Positions 20,423 to 30,529 of a DNA stretch of 64,000 bases are shown here, piece by piece; positions within the stretch are counted from its first letter, which is position 1, and each line of letters begins with the position of its first letter. The DNA comes from Promethearchaeota archaeon (GTDB lineage: Archaea > Asgardarchaeota > Heimdallarchaeia > Hodarchaeales > Hodarchaeaceae), in NCBI GenBank assembly GCA_048938105.1, contig JBHLMN010000002.1:256001-320000 (forward strand), given 5' to 3'. The position numbers and the translations under genes were made by a program. The notes beneath the pieces were generated by a model that worked only from the letters and a program-made list of their open reading frames with translations, was not told the DNA's origin and did not search any database.

Positions 20423-22348
20423 ATGGCGAGAATTGAGGATATTTTTGAGGATGTGAGTGAGAAAACTCTAGTTTTGCTGGGAAATGAATCTATAGCCCGA
20501 GGGATTATAGAAGCTGGTGTGGCTGGTGTCTTCACTTATCCTGGCACCCCATCATCTGAAATTCCAAACACTTTATATGCAGCTCAGCCTTTGCTGAAAG
20601 AAATGGGCTATAACCTGTATCTAGAGTGGAGTGCAAACGAAGCTGTTGCTCTTGAAGGTGCTTATGGGTTTTCATTACTAGGACATCGGGCAATTTTCGT
20701 CTGCAAACATGTCGGATTAAATGTTGCTGCGGATCCATTTATGACACTTGTGAATGCAGGTGTCATTGGTGGCTTGGTTCTTATTGTAGCTGAAGATCCT
20801 CATATGCATTCCTCACAGAATGAGCAGGACAATCGTTGGTATACAAAAATCTCCAATACTCCCATGTTTGAACCAAGTGATGCCAGAGAAGCGAAATCAA
20901 TGTTGAAAGATGCTTTTCGAGTTAGTGAAAAGTATCAAGTTCCTGTCATTTTAAGAACTGTAACCAGAATTTCCCACTCACGTGCAGATATTCACCTCGA
21001 TCCCATCACTTTTCCAGAGTTTCGTCAAGCTATCTCTCTCGAGATTGATCCAAGACGATTTGTATGTGTACCTAGTAATGCACGTCAGAACAAACAACGG
21101 ATACTAGGGGTAATTAACGATATTTCAAGTTATCAGGCAGACTCTCCTTGGAACCGAGTGGAAGAGGGAGCTGAGGAAACATTTGCTTTCATTACTTGTG
21201 GTTCAGCATATAATTACTTGAAAGAAGTATTGATTAAACTTAGAATAAGTTACCCAATATTAAAAATAGGTTTTTCACATCCTTTCCCTGAAAATCGAGT
21301 TACTCAATTCCTGAAGAAATATTCTTCTTCCACAATCATTGTTATTGAAGAGGCTGATGATGTTTTAGAAACTTTCATAAAAAAACTCGCCTTTGAGATT
21401 GATTTTAAGAACAGAATAATTGGAAGGAGAGAAGGAATCACCCCCTCTTATGGAGAACTAACAATACGTAAGGTTTGGAATGGTTTAACAGAAGCTATGA
21501 ATCTTGATTCATTACCTACAGAGATTCCTCAAGACCAATCTGATTTAATATTTGGAAGGCCTCCAGTTTTATGTCCAGGATGTCCGCACCGAGCGACATT
21601 TTACGCATTGAATAAAGCCGTTCCTAGACGACACCGTATAATATCTACTGATATAGGTTGTTATACCTTAGGTGTTGCTCCTCCGCTTTCTGCTGGTCAT
21701 GTGACCATTTGTATGGGATCTTCCTTAGGAATTGGTTCTGGACTTGCCCATAGTCCAGGTTTAAAAGATCCAGTTGTATCAATTATTGGCGACTCAACAT
21801 TTTGGCATACTGGATTACCTGGCCTTGTGAACGCTGTTTACAATAAAAGTAATCTTTTATTGCTGGTTGTAGACAATTCAGCTACAGCTATGACTGGTTT
21901 TCAACCAAATCCTTCATCCATTACTTCTCATTCTTCTGTTGAACCTCTTTCTATTGAGGATGCAGCGCGAGGTATTGGTGTTAAACATGTAATAGCAATT
22001 GATGCTTACAACCCCAAAGAATCAATTAAAGCTATTAAAGAAGCCATTAAGCACGAAGGAGTCTCAGTAATCGTTTCCAAGGGAGAATGTGTAATTCAAT
22101 CAACGCGAAGGGAGGGATTACCAGAAACTAACTATTATATAGAAGTAGATCGTTGTGTTGGTTGCTATGCATGTGTTAACATGATTGCATGTCCAGCTAT
22201 CATATGGTCAGATCGTATAACAACTGAAGAAGGTAAACCCATTCCAATGATCGATCAATCTTTATGCACACGTTGTGGGTTGTGTGCTGCAGTTTGTCCT
22301 TATCATGTAATTGTATCACGAAGTGTTGATGAGGTTCTAGGTGATTAA
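20423..22348 (+). CDS. iorA: Indolepyruvate:ferredoxin oxidoreductase alpha subunit
   Basis: LGNESIARG, YPGTPSSE, KHVGLNVAAD, CPGCPHR, DIGCY, GDSTF, C-terminal ferredoxin. Confidence 0.95.
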   Translation: MARIEDIFEDVSEKTLVLLGNESIARGIIEAGVAGVFTYPGTPSSEIPNTLYAAQPLLKEMGYNLYLEWSANEAVALEGAYGFSLLGHRAIFVCKHVGLNVAADPFMTLVNAGVIGGLVLIVAEDPHMHSSQNEQDNRWYTKISNTPMFEPSDAREAKSMLKDAFRVSEKYQVPVILRTVTRISHSRADIHLDPITFPEFRQAISLEIDPRRFVCVPSNARQNKQRILGVINDISSYQADSPWNRVEEGAEETFAFITCGSAYNYLKEVLIKLRISYPILKIGFSHPFPENRVTQFLKKYSSSTIIVIEEADDVLETFIKKLAFEIDFKNRIIGRREGITPSYGELTIRKVWNGLTEAMNLDSLPTEIPQDQSDLIFGRPPVLCPGCPHRATFYALNKAVPRRHRIISTDIGCYTLGVAPPLSAGHVTICMGSSLGIGSGLAHSPGLKDPVVSIIGDSTFWHTGLPGLVNAVYNKSNLLLLVVDNSATAMTGFQPNPSSITSHSSVEPLSIEDAARGIGVKHVIAIDAYNPKESIKAIKEAIKHEGVSVIVSKGECVIQSTRREGLPETNYYIEVDRCVGCYACVNMIACPAIIWSDRITTEEGKPIPMIDQSLCTRCGLCAAVCPYHVIVSRSVDEVLGD

Positions 22349-22945
22349 ATGGAATATCAGATCTTTCTTGCTGGAGTGGGTGGACAGGGAATACTATCCG
22401 TGACCGATATCCTTTGTAATGCTGCTGTTGATATGGGGTTCAAGGTTCATGGTTCAGAAACACATGGAATGTCACAACGAGGTGGTAGTGTTTTTTCAAA
22501 TGTGCGATTTGGAGAAATCTTTTCACCACTAATCATGGAACGAGATTCAGATGTGCTACTTGGATTTGAACCGACAGAGGCTCTTCGTTACGCTCAGTAT
22601 GTGAAACCAAATGGATTATGTCTTGTAAATATCCATCCTATTCCTTCTCCCAGCTTTACATTAACAAAAAGTAGTTATCCTGAAATTGAATCTATTATAT
22701 CAGCATTGAAAATTTATACTCCCCATGTTGTCTCTATTGATGCAACTAAATTAGCATCTGAGTTAGGAATGTCAATAGTTCAAAACATTATAATGCTGGG
22801 ATCTCTATCAGCGGTACCTGATCTTCCATTATCAGTTGACTCACTAAAGGTTGCACTAAAAAAACAGTTTAAAGCTAAACATTTCAGTCTCAATCTCAAA
22901 GCGTTTGAAATTGGGCGTGAAGCCTACAAGAGTAACAATCCTTAG
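22349..22945 (+). CDS. iorB: Indolepyruvate:ferredoxin oxidoreductase beta subunit
   Basis: GVGGQG, ETHGMSQRGGSV; adjacent to iorA. Confidence 0.95.
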   Translation: MEYQIFLAGVGGQGILSVTDILCNAAVDMGFKVHGSETHGMSQRGGSVFSNVRFGEIFSPLIMERDSDVLLGFEPTEALRYAQYVKPNGLCLVNIHPIPSPSFTLTKSSYPEIESIISALKIYTPHVVSIDATKLASELGMSIVQNIIMLGSLSAVPDLPLSVDSLKVALKKQFKAKHFSLNLKAFEIGREAYKSNNP

Positions 22946-23033
22946 CGAGGCTAAAGTTCTCTCCCGAATATTTTTCTGCTGATAATTAAAACACGGTAAC
23001 GATTAATTTCTTATTTCTAGAAGGTAATATGAG

Positions 23034-24575
23034 TTGATTCAAAATATACTGGGACGCACTCTTCCTGAAAAGCTATTTGGAATAGATATTATACCTTATC
23101 AAGGTATCCATGCATGTCGGACGAGAGGAACCCGCATAGGTACAAAATATCAACCATATTGCGTCACAAGAGACACAAAACGTTTTTATGACGATATTGA
23201 CCACTTATTAGGACATCACTTTCTCAGCTTGTTTGATGGAATGTCAATTTCTTTTCACCACATTCTTCGGGAAGGAGATGGCGTAATATTACCCATAGTT
23301 GATGCTTTTGCATCTTATGGAATAAAAAATATTACATTAGCTTCCACTGCTTTATTTCCAGTCCATTCACCTCTTTTAGAGCATATAGAGACTGGTGTTA
23401 TAGGAAGAATTGAGGGTAGTATGAATGGGCCTATTGGTAGAGCGTTATCGAGAGGCGAAGTAACTGTTCCGAGTATTCTTAGATCTCATGGGGGACGTGC
23501 GAGAGCAGTTCAAGAAGGTAGCTTGCACATAGATGTAGCATTTATTGCAGCGTCTGCAGCGGATTTTCTCGGCAACCTGACTGGAATAGAGGGCAAAAAT
23601 GCATTTGGGAGTCTTGGATATCCCCTTGAAACAGATTCACTTTATGCGGATGTAGTTATTGGAGTCACAGATACCATACTAGATTATCCACTAAGAAAAG
23701 TTAGTATCCCTTCTAGTCGTATTGATGCGATTCTTGAAGTAGATTCAATCGGTGATCCTTCAAAAATTACATCAGGAAGCTTAAGCAGAAGAGTATCACC
23801 TGAACGACTTGAAATCGCCGAAAGGGCTGTTGAGGTAATGTATCATTCAGGATTTCTTCAGTCTGGATTCAATTGGCAAGCGGGAGCAGGAGGGATGTCA
23901 TTAGCGACAACGAAATATCTTAAAGATCTGATGATCGATAAAAACCTAGAAGGTAGTTATATCTTTGGTGGGATTGCAGAAAATTCGGTTGATTTGTTAG
24001 AAGTTGGGCTTTTCAAAACGATTTATGATGCTCAGTCTTTCGATTCTAAAGCGATAGAATCATTGCAGAATAACCCGAATCATGTTGAAGTGTCAATTGA
24101 TCATGCGTACAACCCTTTCAATAAAGGGTGTATAGCTAATAATACTGATTTCTCTGCATTGGGGGCAACTGAAGTTGATGTCAATTTTAATGTCAATGTT
24201 AATACTTTTAGTGATGGTACTCTCAACTCTGGAATAGGTGGACATCAAGATGCAGCCAGGGCGAAAATTAGTATGATTTTATTGCCATTAGCACGTAAAA
24301 TACCTTGTATCATTGATAGTGTTGTAACTGTTTCTAGTCCAGGTGATTGTATTGACGTTATTGTGACAGATGGTGGGATTGCAATAAATCCAAAACGAAA
24401 GAAGTTGAAAAAGCGCTTAAGGGATGCAGGATTAAACATTCGTCCTATTGAAGAATTGAAAGACGAAGCTGTAAGCTTAGCTGATCCAATTGAAGCCAAC
24501 TTAACTGATCATATAATAACATTAGTGGAATATCGTGACGGAACCCACTTAGATGTTATTTATCAAATTGAATGA
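23034..24575 (+). CDS. citF: Citrate lyase alpha subunit / citrate CoA-transferase
   Basis: SFHHILREGD, RSHGGRARA, QAGAGG, LGATEVD, GIGGHQD, EYRDGT. Confidence 0.85.
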   Translation: MIQNILGRTLPEKLFGIDIIPYQGIHACRTRGTRIGTKYQPYCVTRDTKRFYDDIDHLLGHHFLSLFDGMSISFHHILREGDGVILPIVDAFASYGIKNITLASTALFPVHSPLLEHIETGVIGRIEGSMNGPIGRALSRGEVTVPSILRSHGGRARAVQEGSLHIDVAFIAASAADFLGNLTGIEGKNAFGSLGYPLETDSLYADVVIGVTDTILDYPLRKVSIPSSRIDAILEVDSIGDPSKITSGSLSRRVSPERLEIAERAVEVMYHSGFLQSGFNWQAGAGGMSLATTKYLKDLMIDKNLEGSYIFGGIAENSVDLLEVGLFKTIYDAQSFDSKAIESLQNNPNHVEVSIDHAYNPFNKGCIANNTDFSALGATEVDVNFNVNVNTFSDGTLNSGIGGHQDAARAKISMILLPLARKIPCIIDSVVTVSSPGDCIDVIVTDGGIAINPKRKKLKKRLRDAGLNIRPIEELKDEAVSLADPIEANLTDHIITLVEYRDGTHLDVIYQIE

Positions 24576-24592
24576 AATTTAATCCTTTTTCC

Positions 24593-26734
24593 TCATTTAG
24601 GGATCTTTCTGGACTTCTCTCCTTTATAAATTGCTTCTGAAAAATTTATCCTACGCATTTGTGGCTGAGAAGCAATCTCTTCAAAATAATGGGCTGATAA
24701 TCCTGCAATCCGACCGTATATGAACACTGCTTTTGCTAGATTTGGATCAAGTCCCATATCTGCAATTATAGCGCCAATAACTCCATCAACATTAATGGGA
24801 AGGTTGATCCCACGTACTCTCTTGAAAATGTCCGTAATGATTTTGGATATCTCGACACAATCACCAGCTATTCCTGCATGTTTTGCTTTAATCCATAGAA
24901 CGTCCCGCCTAGGGTCTTTTGTGTGAATTCGATGTCCTAAACCTTGAATCCTTTTCCCCTCTTTCATATATATACTGATATTTTCCTCAACTGCTTCTGA
25001 GAGTTCAATGTTCTTTTCATTTGCTAAAGCGATACACTTCTTGAAAAATTGCGCTGCTTTTGCCCCTGCTCCTCCATGAACATCCGTAATTGCGCTAACT
25101 CCTTGAGCAACCGCTACCTCATATGTAGCTCTCACTGTAGCTGCAATCACTGTCGCCTGAGCTGATGGTGGTGTTACTCCATGGTCTACACTGGCTACAA
25201 TCATTGCTTCAAGTACACTAGATTTTTTTTCATCTACGACGGTTTCTCCTGTTAAAATTTTATATATAACATGAGAAAAGGGTTGTTTTAAATCAATATT
25301 TTTCAAGACGCCTTTATTCCCCAATACTGAAGCTAGATATCCAGCTACACGGCCTAAACAGAACATTACTTGGTTGGGGGGATTTTTTCTTTCTTCAATA
25401 CAGTACTTTGCTAATATTTCATCCTGTAACAAATATTTTGCAATTGTTTTTGAAATGTCTTCTTTTACTATTACATTCACTTCAGGAGTAGGAAATTTGA
25501 TAGCATTCAAAGCTATTTGTTCTAATTCTTTGACCTGTTTTAGTTCTGGGAAATTTCCTTTCACAAGTAGGTAAGTTGTTTCAATAAATGTTTTCTTTTT
25601 GATTATATCTTTTAGAGGATATCCTGCTATTATTAAATTATTTGGTTGAACTTTTGTTATCAGTGTAGCCCAACCGACCTTTTTAGGTGGTTCTTCCCAT
25701 GTTTTTGTCATTTTTTCTTGATATCTTTCAACACTGAAGTATTTCCAACCTTGTAATATTTCCTTAACAGTTTCTACTAATTCATATTGGCTATTGACAA
25801 CAGTTACACCTACTTTTTCTAAAGCTTCCTTCTTAGATTTAAAGGTACCATAATTCTGTCCAGGAGTTATGATAGCTCCAGCATGCCCCATTGTCTTTCC
25901 TGAAGGCGCATTTGCCCCAGAAATTAACCCAACAATTGGTATCGGATATTTCTTTGGATGAGCAATGATATCTTCTGCAAGTAGTTCTTCCTGACTTCCC
26001 CCAATCTCACCTGCTACAACGATGAGATCTGTGTTTGGATATTGCTGAATAAGTGGGACTATATCCCTGAACCTAGTTCCAATTGCTCCATCTCCTCCTA
26101 TTCCTAAAACAGCGTTTTGTGCTATGCCAGCACTCGCCAGTGCATCTGATAAGTGGTATAGAATTGCTCCGCTCCTGGAAATTATTGTCACTCCTCGTGG
26201 TCCAAATTCCTCATTACTTTTCTCTTCAGGATAAAAGATATCAGGAAGCATCCCAATTTTGATTCCTTCTGGTGGAAAAATAATCCCAGGTGTGTTTCCA
26301 CCAAAAAGTAAAGTATTTTGTTTTCTCGCTGCAACGACAATATCTCGAACATCCTTTAGGGGGATACCTTCAGTTATTAATACAACAATAGGGATACCTG
26401 ACTCAATAACTTCAATTGTAACATCCCTCACTCCTGAATAATGTCTCCAGATACTCGCTACTGCAATATTAGGATGTTCTTTAAGACATTCTTTGACTCT
26501 ATCATATACAGGAATTACTTCATGAATTCGAGTACCTCCTCGTCCTACTGAAATGCCAGCTGTAACATTTGTTCCAAATTCTTTCATAAGTCCTGCGTGT
26601 TTTGTACCCTGTCTTCCAAGGCCTATAATTACTGTTTCAATCTTCTTTGTTTTTTGAATATAAGCAGCTAATTCTGGACGGATTTGTTTGATAAGAAAAT
26701 ATAAAGCCCCTTGGTCTACAGGAATCCTTTTCAT
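24593..26734 (-). CDS. Succinyl-CoA-synthetase-alpha-like domain fused to citryl-CoA lyase domain (ATP-citrate-lyase-A-like)
   Basis: ITEGIP, SRSG, GIGGD, GEIGG and phospho-His MGHAGA; then DHGVTPPS, HGGAG, GLGHRIHTKDPR, LPINVDG. Confidence 0.8.
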   Translation of the reverse strand: MKRIPVDQGALYFLIKQIRPELAAYIQKTKKIETVIIGLGRQGTKHAGLMKEFGTNVTAGISVGRGGTRIHEVIPVYDRVKECLKEHPNIAVASIWRHYSGVRDVTIEVIESGIPIVVLITEGIPLKDVRDIVVAARKQNTLLFGGNTPGIIFPPEGIKIGMLPDIFYPEEKSNEEFGPRGVTIISRSGAILYHLSDALASAGIAQNAVLGIGGDGAIGTRFRDIVPLIQQYPNTDLIVVAGEIGGSQEELLAEDIIAHPKKYPIPIVGLISGANAPSGKTMGHAGAIITPGQNYGTFKSKKEALEKVGVTVVNSQYELVETVKEILQGWKYFSVERYQEKMTKTWEEPPKKVGWATLITKVQPNNLIIAGYPLKDIIKKKTFIETTYLLVKGNFPELKQVKELEQIALNAIKFPTPEVNVIVKEDISKTIAKYLLQDEILAKYCIEERKNPPNQVMFCLGRVAGYLASVLGNKGVLKNIDLKQPFSHVIYKILTGETVVDEKKSSVLEAMIVASVDHGVTPPSAQATVIAATVRATYEVAVAQGVSAITDVHGGAGAKAAQFFKKCIALANEKNIELSEAVEENISIYMKEGKRIQGLGHRIHTKDPRRDVLWIKAKHAGIAGDCVEISKIITDIFKRVRGINLPINVDGVIGAIIADMGLDPNLAKAVFIYGRIAGLSAHYFEEIASQPQMRRINFSEAIYKGEKSRKIPK

Positions 26735-28017
26735 GAAGATCTCTCCTTTTTGATTTCAAAACCTTTTCTAATACCTTCTTTAATCACATCAGCCATTATT
26801 TTTTCATTCCCGACCACAATCTCCATCAACTCCAATGCCTCGGGAGATTCTTGTTTCGCTTTTTCAAGATAATTTTTAGCAGATGGTAGATCAGTTCCTA
26901 CCATCCTGCCAAATATCGGTATTATACGTTGGTTATTGCGATAACGTTCCCTTAAAGCTTGAATTAGGCCTCTTATGAATACATCGCAACTAGATATACC
27001 CCCAAACCTTGATGTGATAATAATGTCAGTCATGGGATAATCCATTAGAAGATGAAACATTTGAGCTACTCGATTTTGCGGTGGTCCGCCTCCACTATCC
27101 ATAAAATTAATGGGGACCACCTTACCATCAAAGAATTTATTTCCAATATTCATAACTTCATCAATAGAAAATATTCCGTAACCTGCTCCTCCAGGTACAA
27201 GACCCACATATAATTTATTTTCATCTTTAAATGTATCAGAAGGAAGTAGATCAACATAAGGAAATCCTTGGCTGTGAGCTCTTCTTTCATTAGGAGTTGG
27301 TTCAGCAACGTCGTGTCGTCTAGTGGTTATTCCTAAAGTCTCTAAAAGCTTACTCTGCCTATATAAACCATTATCATCTAAGATTATTTTAGCATCTGCA
27401 GCAACAACATTGTTTGGGGTTATTATCACTGGATTGATTTCACAAAGCTTGGCATCAATTTCTTGAAAAGTTCTATAAACCTTATCAATGATAGAGGCGA
27501 GTTTTTCTTTCTGTTCTTTTGATATTTGAAGGTCTTGGTTGAGTAAGTCTGTAACTTCTTTGATAATGTTATTTTGTAATGCACGGTCATTATTGAGTAT
27601 TTCTCTCTTTATTATTGTCTCAGGTCGAGTTTGTGCAACTTCCTCGATATCAACTCCTCCAGAAGCACTAACAACAAGCACATTGTTGAATGTATTTGGA
27701 TCTGTTGTCACTCCCACGTAACAGGCCTCATATTCATCAACAGCTTCCTCGAAAAAGACTGCATGTACAGGATGTTCCTTAATTCTTAATTTTAGAAGCA
27801 TTTCAGTATTATGTATTGCTTCCTTTAATGATGTGACTTTTTTTATCCCCCCTGCTTTTCCTCTTCCACCTATTAAAACAGCAGCTTTAGCCATCGCAGG
27901 GAATTTAAGGTCTAGTTTCTTAACTTCATTAACAGAATGAACGATTCCAAATTGCTTTGGGATTGTGATACCACTCAGTTCAAAAACTTTTTTCGATTCA
28001 TGCTCGTAGAGCCTCAA
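26731..28017 (-). CDS. ATP-grasp SCS-beta-like subunit (partner of the fusion gene)
   Basis: RLYEHESK, GGRGKAGGI, GGVDIEE, EINP, DAKI, FGGI; TTG start after an AGGAG RBS; overlaps the partner by 4 bp. Confidence 0.85.
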   Translation of the reverse strand: MRLYEHESKKVFELSGITIPKQFGIVHSVNEVKKLDLKFPAMAKAAVLIGGRGKAGGIKKVTSLKEAIHNTEMLLKLRIKEHPVHAVFFEEAVDEYEACYVGVTTDPNTFNNVLVVSASGGVDIEEVAQTRPETIIKREILNNDRALQNNIIKEVTDLLNQDLQISKEQKEKLASIIDKVYRTFQEIDAKLCEINPVIITPNNVVAADAKIILDDNGLYRQSKLLETLGITTRRHDVAEPTPNERRAHSQGFPYVDLLPSDTFKDENKLYVGLVPGGAGYGIFSIDEVMNIGNKFFDGKVVPINFMDSGGGPPQNRVAQMFHLLMDYPMTDIIITSRFGGISSCDVFIRGLIQALRERYRNNQRIIPIFGRMVGTDLPSAKNYLEKAKQESPEALELMEIVVGNEKIMADVIKEGIRKGFEIKKERSS

Positions 28018-28283
28018 TTTGGGTTCTCCTAAAATTCTTGATGCCTCTTTTGTGAAAAGTGACACTTCTAGAGATTTTTTGGCTAATAAGATATTTATTC
28101 CAAGAAAAAAAAGGCTGGTTTTATCCTTTTTTTCCCTCTATTTGATAAGTGAAAATGGAGAGAATTCAGAAGTTATCACAGATGTTGTTTAAATTTTAGC
28201 AGAAAAAAAGTGTACTAAACTTGCTGTTTTTCAATCCATTATATTCTTTAAGTTTTTAAAATTTCAGACTGGTTGTCAGAAGC

Positions 28284-28895
28284 TTATGCTAGGAATAAGC
28301 GTTGTTCCCATTCATCAATTGCTTCATTAATATCCTCTAAGTATTTAACTTTCTTAGCTCTAAGATCCCGATTGAAACTAGCAATGTCATAAAGGAGGCG
28401 TGATGACTGACTAGTCTCTGAAAGAGCGTCTCTAAACTGATCTATGAATTCAGGAATTCTCTCAGGAGACTTTTCCCAAAAGTTGGAGATATTTTCACGT
28501 AAAGATTGAATCATTATGCGTAGGTCTCCTGCCTCAGATACAGTTATTAACGTACTTGCTCTATCTTGAATTCTATCTTTTATTTGCTGAATAAGTAGTT
28601 TAGCAGCCTCACTACGATTTTTAACAATTCCTGAGGAAATCCAATTTTCAGTTACCACTTCAATTAGCTGGAAAACGGCTGCATCCTCATTACCTTGTAT
28701 TTCTGGAAGATAATGAAATAATCCTAATTTTGTGATTATAAAACGAAAGTTTGAACCAAGATATTGACGTTCGTGAGGAGTAAAGTCAATTCGTTTGAGT
28801 AATTCACGAAAATCTTTGACACCCTTCCTGCCTGACTGATAATCAATCGTTAATTGAGGTTTAATTTTCTCACAAACCTTATCGACAACTTTCAA
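28284..28895 (-). CDS. Hypothetical helical protein
   Basis: 203-aa ORF with no recognised motif. Confidence 0.65.
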   Translation of the reverse strand: MKVVDKVCEKIKPQLTIDYQSGRKGVKDFRELLKRIDFTPHERQYLGSNFRFIITKLGLFHYLPEIQGNEDAAVFQLIEVVTENWISSGIVKNRSEAAKLLIQQIKDRIQDRASTLITVSEAGDLRIMIQSLRENISNFWEKSPERIPEFIDQFRDALSETSQSSRLLYDIASFNRDLRAKKVKYLEDINEAIDEWEQRLFLA

Positions 28896-29173
28896 TGATG
28901 AACACCTTGACTATTCCTTGAATTAGAGCTTAATATTCTTCAATGTTATGTAGATTATATATCTAAAAATAACTCCATGTAAAAAAGGTTTTCAATTCAG
29001 TTTATTGTCTAAGTAATATGAGATTTATTCCTTGGTTGATTATAGGAGATGAATGTAGTGTTCAATAAGAAAAAAAAGAATAATTGTAATCTCCCCTGCT
29101 TTTCTTATAGAGTGTCTTCTTCTTTTTGTAGTGCTTGAAATTTAATAATACTAGTAAATTGGAAATAGACTTA

Positions 29174-29452
29174 CTAGATCTTAGTGATAGTAATTTCAAT
29201 CGCACTAACGTTAGATAGATTTCCTTCTCGTGTTTCAATTTGTTCAGTATCTATCTGTATGTCTGTAACATCGACACGATCTTTCATAAACCTACGTCTT
29301 AGTACTTCAGCAACATCAACAGCTCGGCTGATCGCGCGCCCTCGGGCTTTTAGGACGATTGAGTCGGCGTCACGATTAAACTGTGTCACACATGCCATTA
29401 CATAAGCAGTTACTGGCTTATTTCCGATGAAAACGGTATTTTCCTCTGCCAT
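29174..29452 (-). CDS. albA: DNA/RNA-binding protein Alba
   Basis: [30 protein letters not shown]. Confidence 0.97.
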   Translation of the reverse strand: MAEENTVFIGNKPVTAYVMACVTQFNRDADSIVLKARGRAISRAVDVAEVLRRRFMKDRVDVTDIQIDTEQIETREGNLSNVSAIEITITKI

Positions 29453-29650
29453 AATTGTTACTCTCCTTGCAATTCTCTTTGTGGTTCAGTGTTTTCTAGT
29501 TATATCTTTGCATCATTGAGATGTGATAATTCAATTGTAAATCTCAAGTTGACTTGAAAAATGTTTCTAGGTTTGTGTTGTTAAATGATTACACTTTATT
29601 TCTCGAGTACAACCTAATAGCGTCAATATTTGTTTGATGAACTTAAAACT

Positions 29651-30298
29651 TTAAAGAGGTTCATCTTGAATACCCGTTAAATACCCAAAAAGATTGGCAG
29701 CAATATGTACAAGGAATGTTATGGGAACTTGAACCAACAACCACTCTATGCGCCAAGGAATGAGTGGGTAAACAAAAATCATACCAAGGACTAGGAATCC
29801 AAGCTGATCTAAAAAAATGAAAGGGTGACCTCTTTCTATTCCACTACGCCGTTTAATAAATGATCCTATTAGATCTCCAATTAGGCCACCAAAGGCCATT
29901 ATAAGTCCAGTAAAAAAACCTAAGAGTATTGAGTTGGAGAAAAGATCTCGGAAATTAATGAGCGAAAGAAAATCGTATAAAATCCCTAAATCAAGAAAAT
30001 CTTGATAAACTAGTCTTAAAATAAGATTATCGTCTAAATATATAGGAACTGTTAAAACAGAGGTTATAAATGCAATAATCCAAGCAATAAGTCCTCCTAT
30101 AATTCCACCGAGAAGTGTACCTGTCCAAAATCCTCGGATGGTCTTTCCATCACCCAAAATTCTCTTCCCATCCCTCCAATATCTACCACCATCGATTGGG
30201 GGACCTCCACCTAGAAGGGTAGGAATGGCATTGCCAAACCATAATGGTAAAACGAATATCGTACTGTCCAGGATCACCTGGATTAATGATTCAGCCAA
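29651..30298 (-). CDS. carS: CDP-archaeol synthase
   Basis: PIDGG, LGDGKTIRG, GDLIGSFIKRR, LDQL; hydrophobic. Confidence 0.92.
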   Translation of the reverse strand: MAESLIQVILDSTIFVLPLWFGNAIPTLLGGGPPIDGGRYWRDGKRILGDGKTIRGFWTGTLLGGIIGGLIAWIIAFITSVLTVPIYLDDNLILRLVYQDFLDLGILYDFLSLINFRDLFSNSILLGFFTGLIMAFGGLIGDLIGSFIKRRSGIERGHPFIFLDQLGFLVLGMIFVYPLIPWRIEWLLVQVPITFLVHIAANLFGYLTGIQDEPL

Positions 30299-30346
30299 AA
30301 TATCATACCCCTGCTATATAAGCTGAAACAAGTGTGTATATCCTAA

Positions 30347-30358
30347 ATTAATAACGTG
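30347..30358 (-). promoter_or_regulatory. Candidate TATA-type promoter CACGTTATTAAT upstream of carS
   Basis: The identical 12-mer occurs at 56947-56958, a similar distance upstream of aspS. Confidence 0.4.
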
Positions 30359-30407
30359 TATTCTTTTTCAATATATTTTTATTCAGATTTTTCTACCTAT
30401 TTCAAGC

Positions 30408-30507
30408 TAACGACTTTTTCTTTAACACTCTTTTCCTTTGTATAAAAAAAATCTACATTAAAGATGATAATAAATTTACACAAATCTCAAATAATAACGA
30501 CTTTTTC
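30408..30507. repeat. 13-bp direct repeat taacgactttttc (30408-30420 and 30495-30507)
   Basis: Two exact copies in one intergenic region. Confidence 0.5.
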
Positions 30508-30529
30508 CCTTAATATTTTTCAAAAATAG

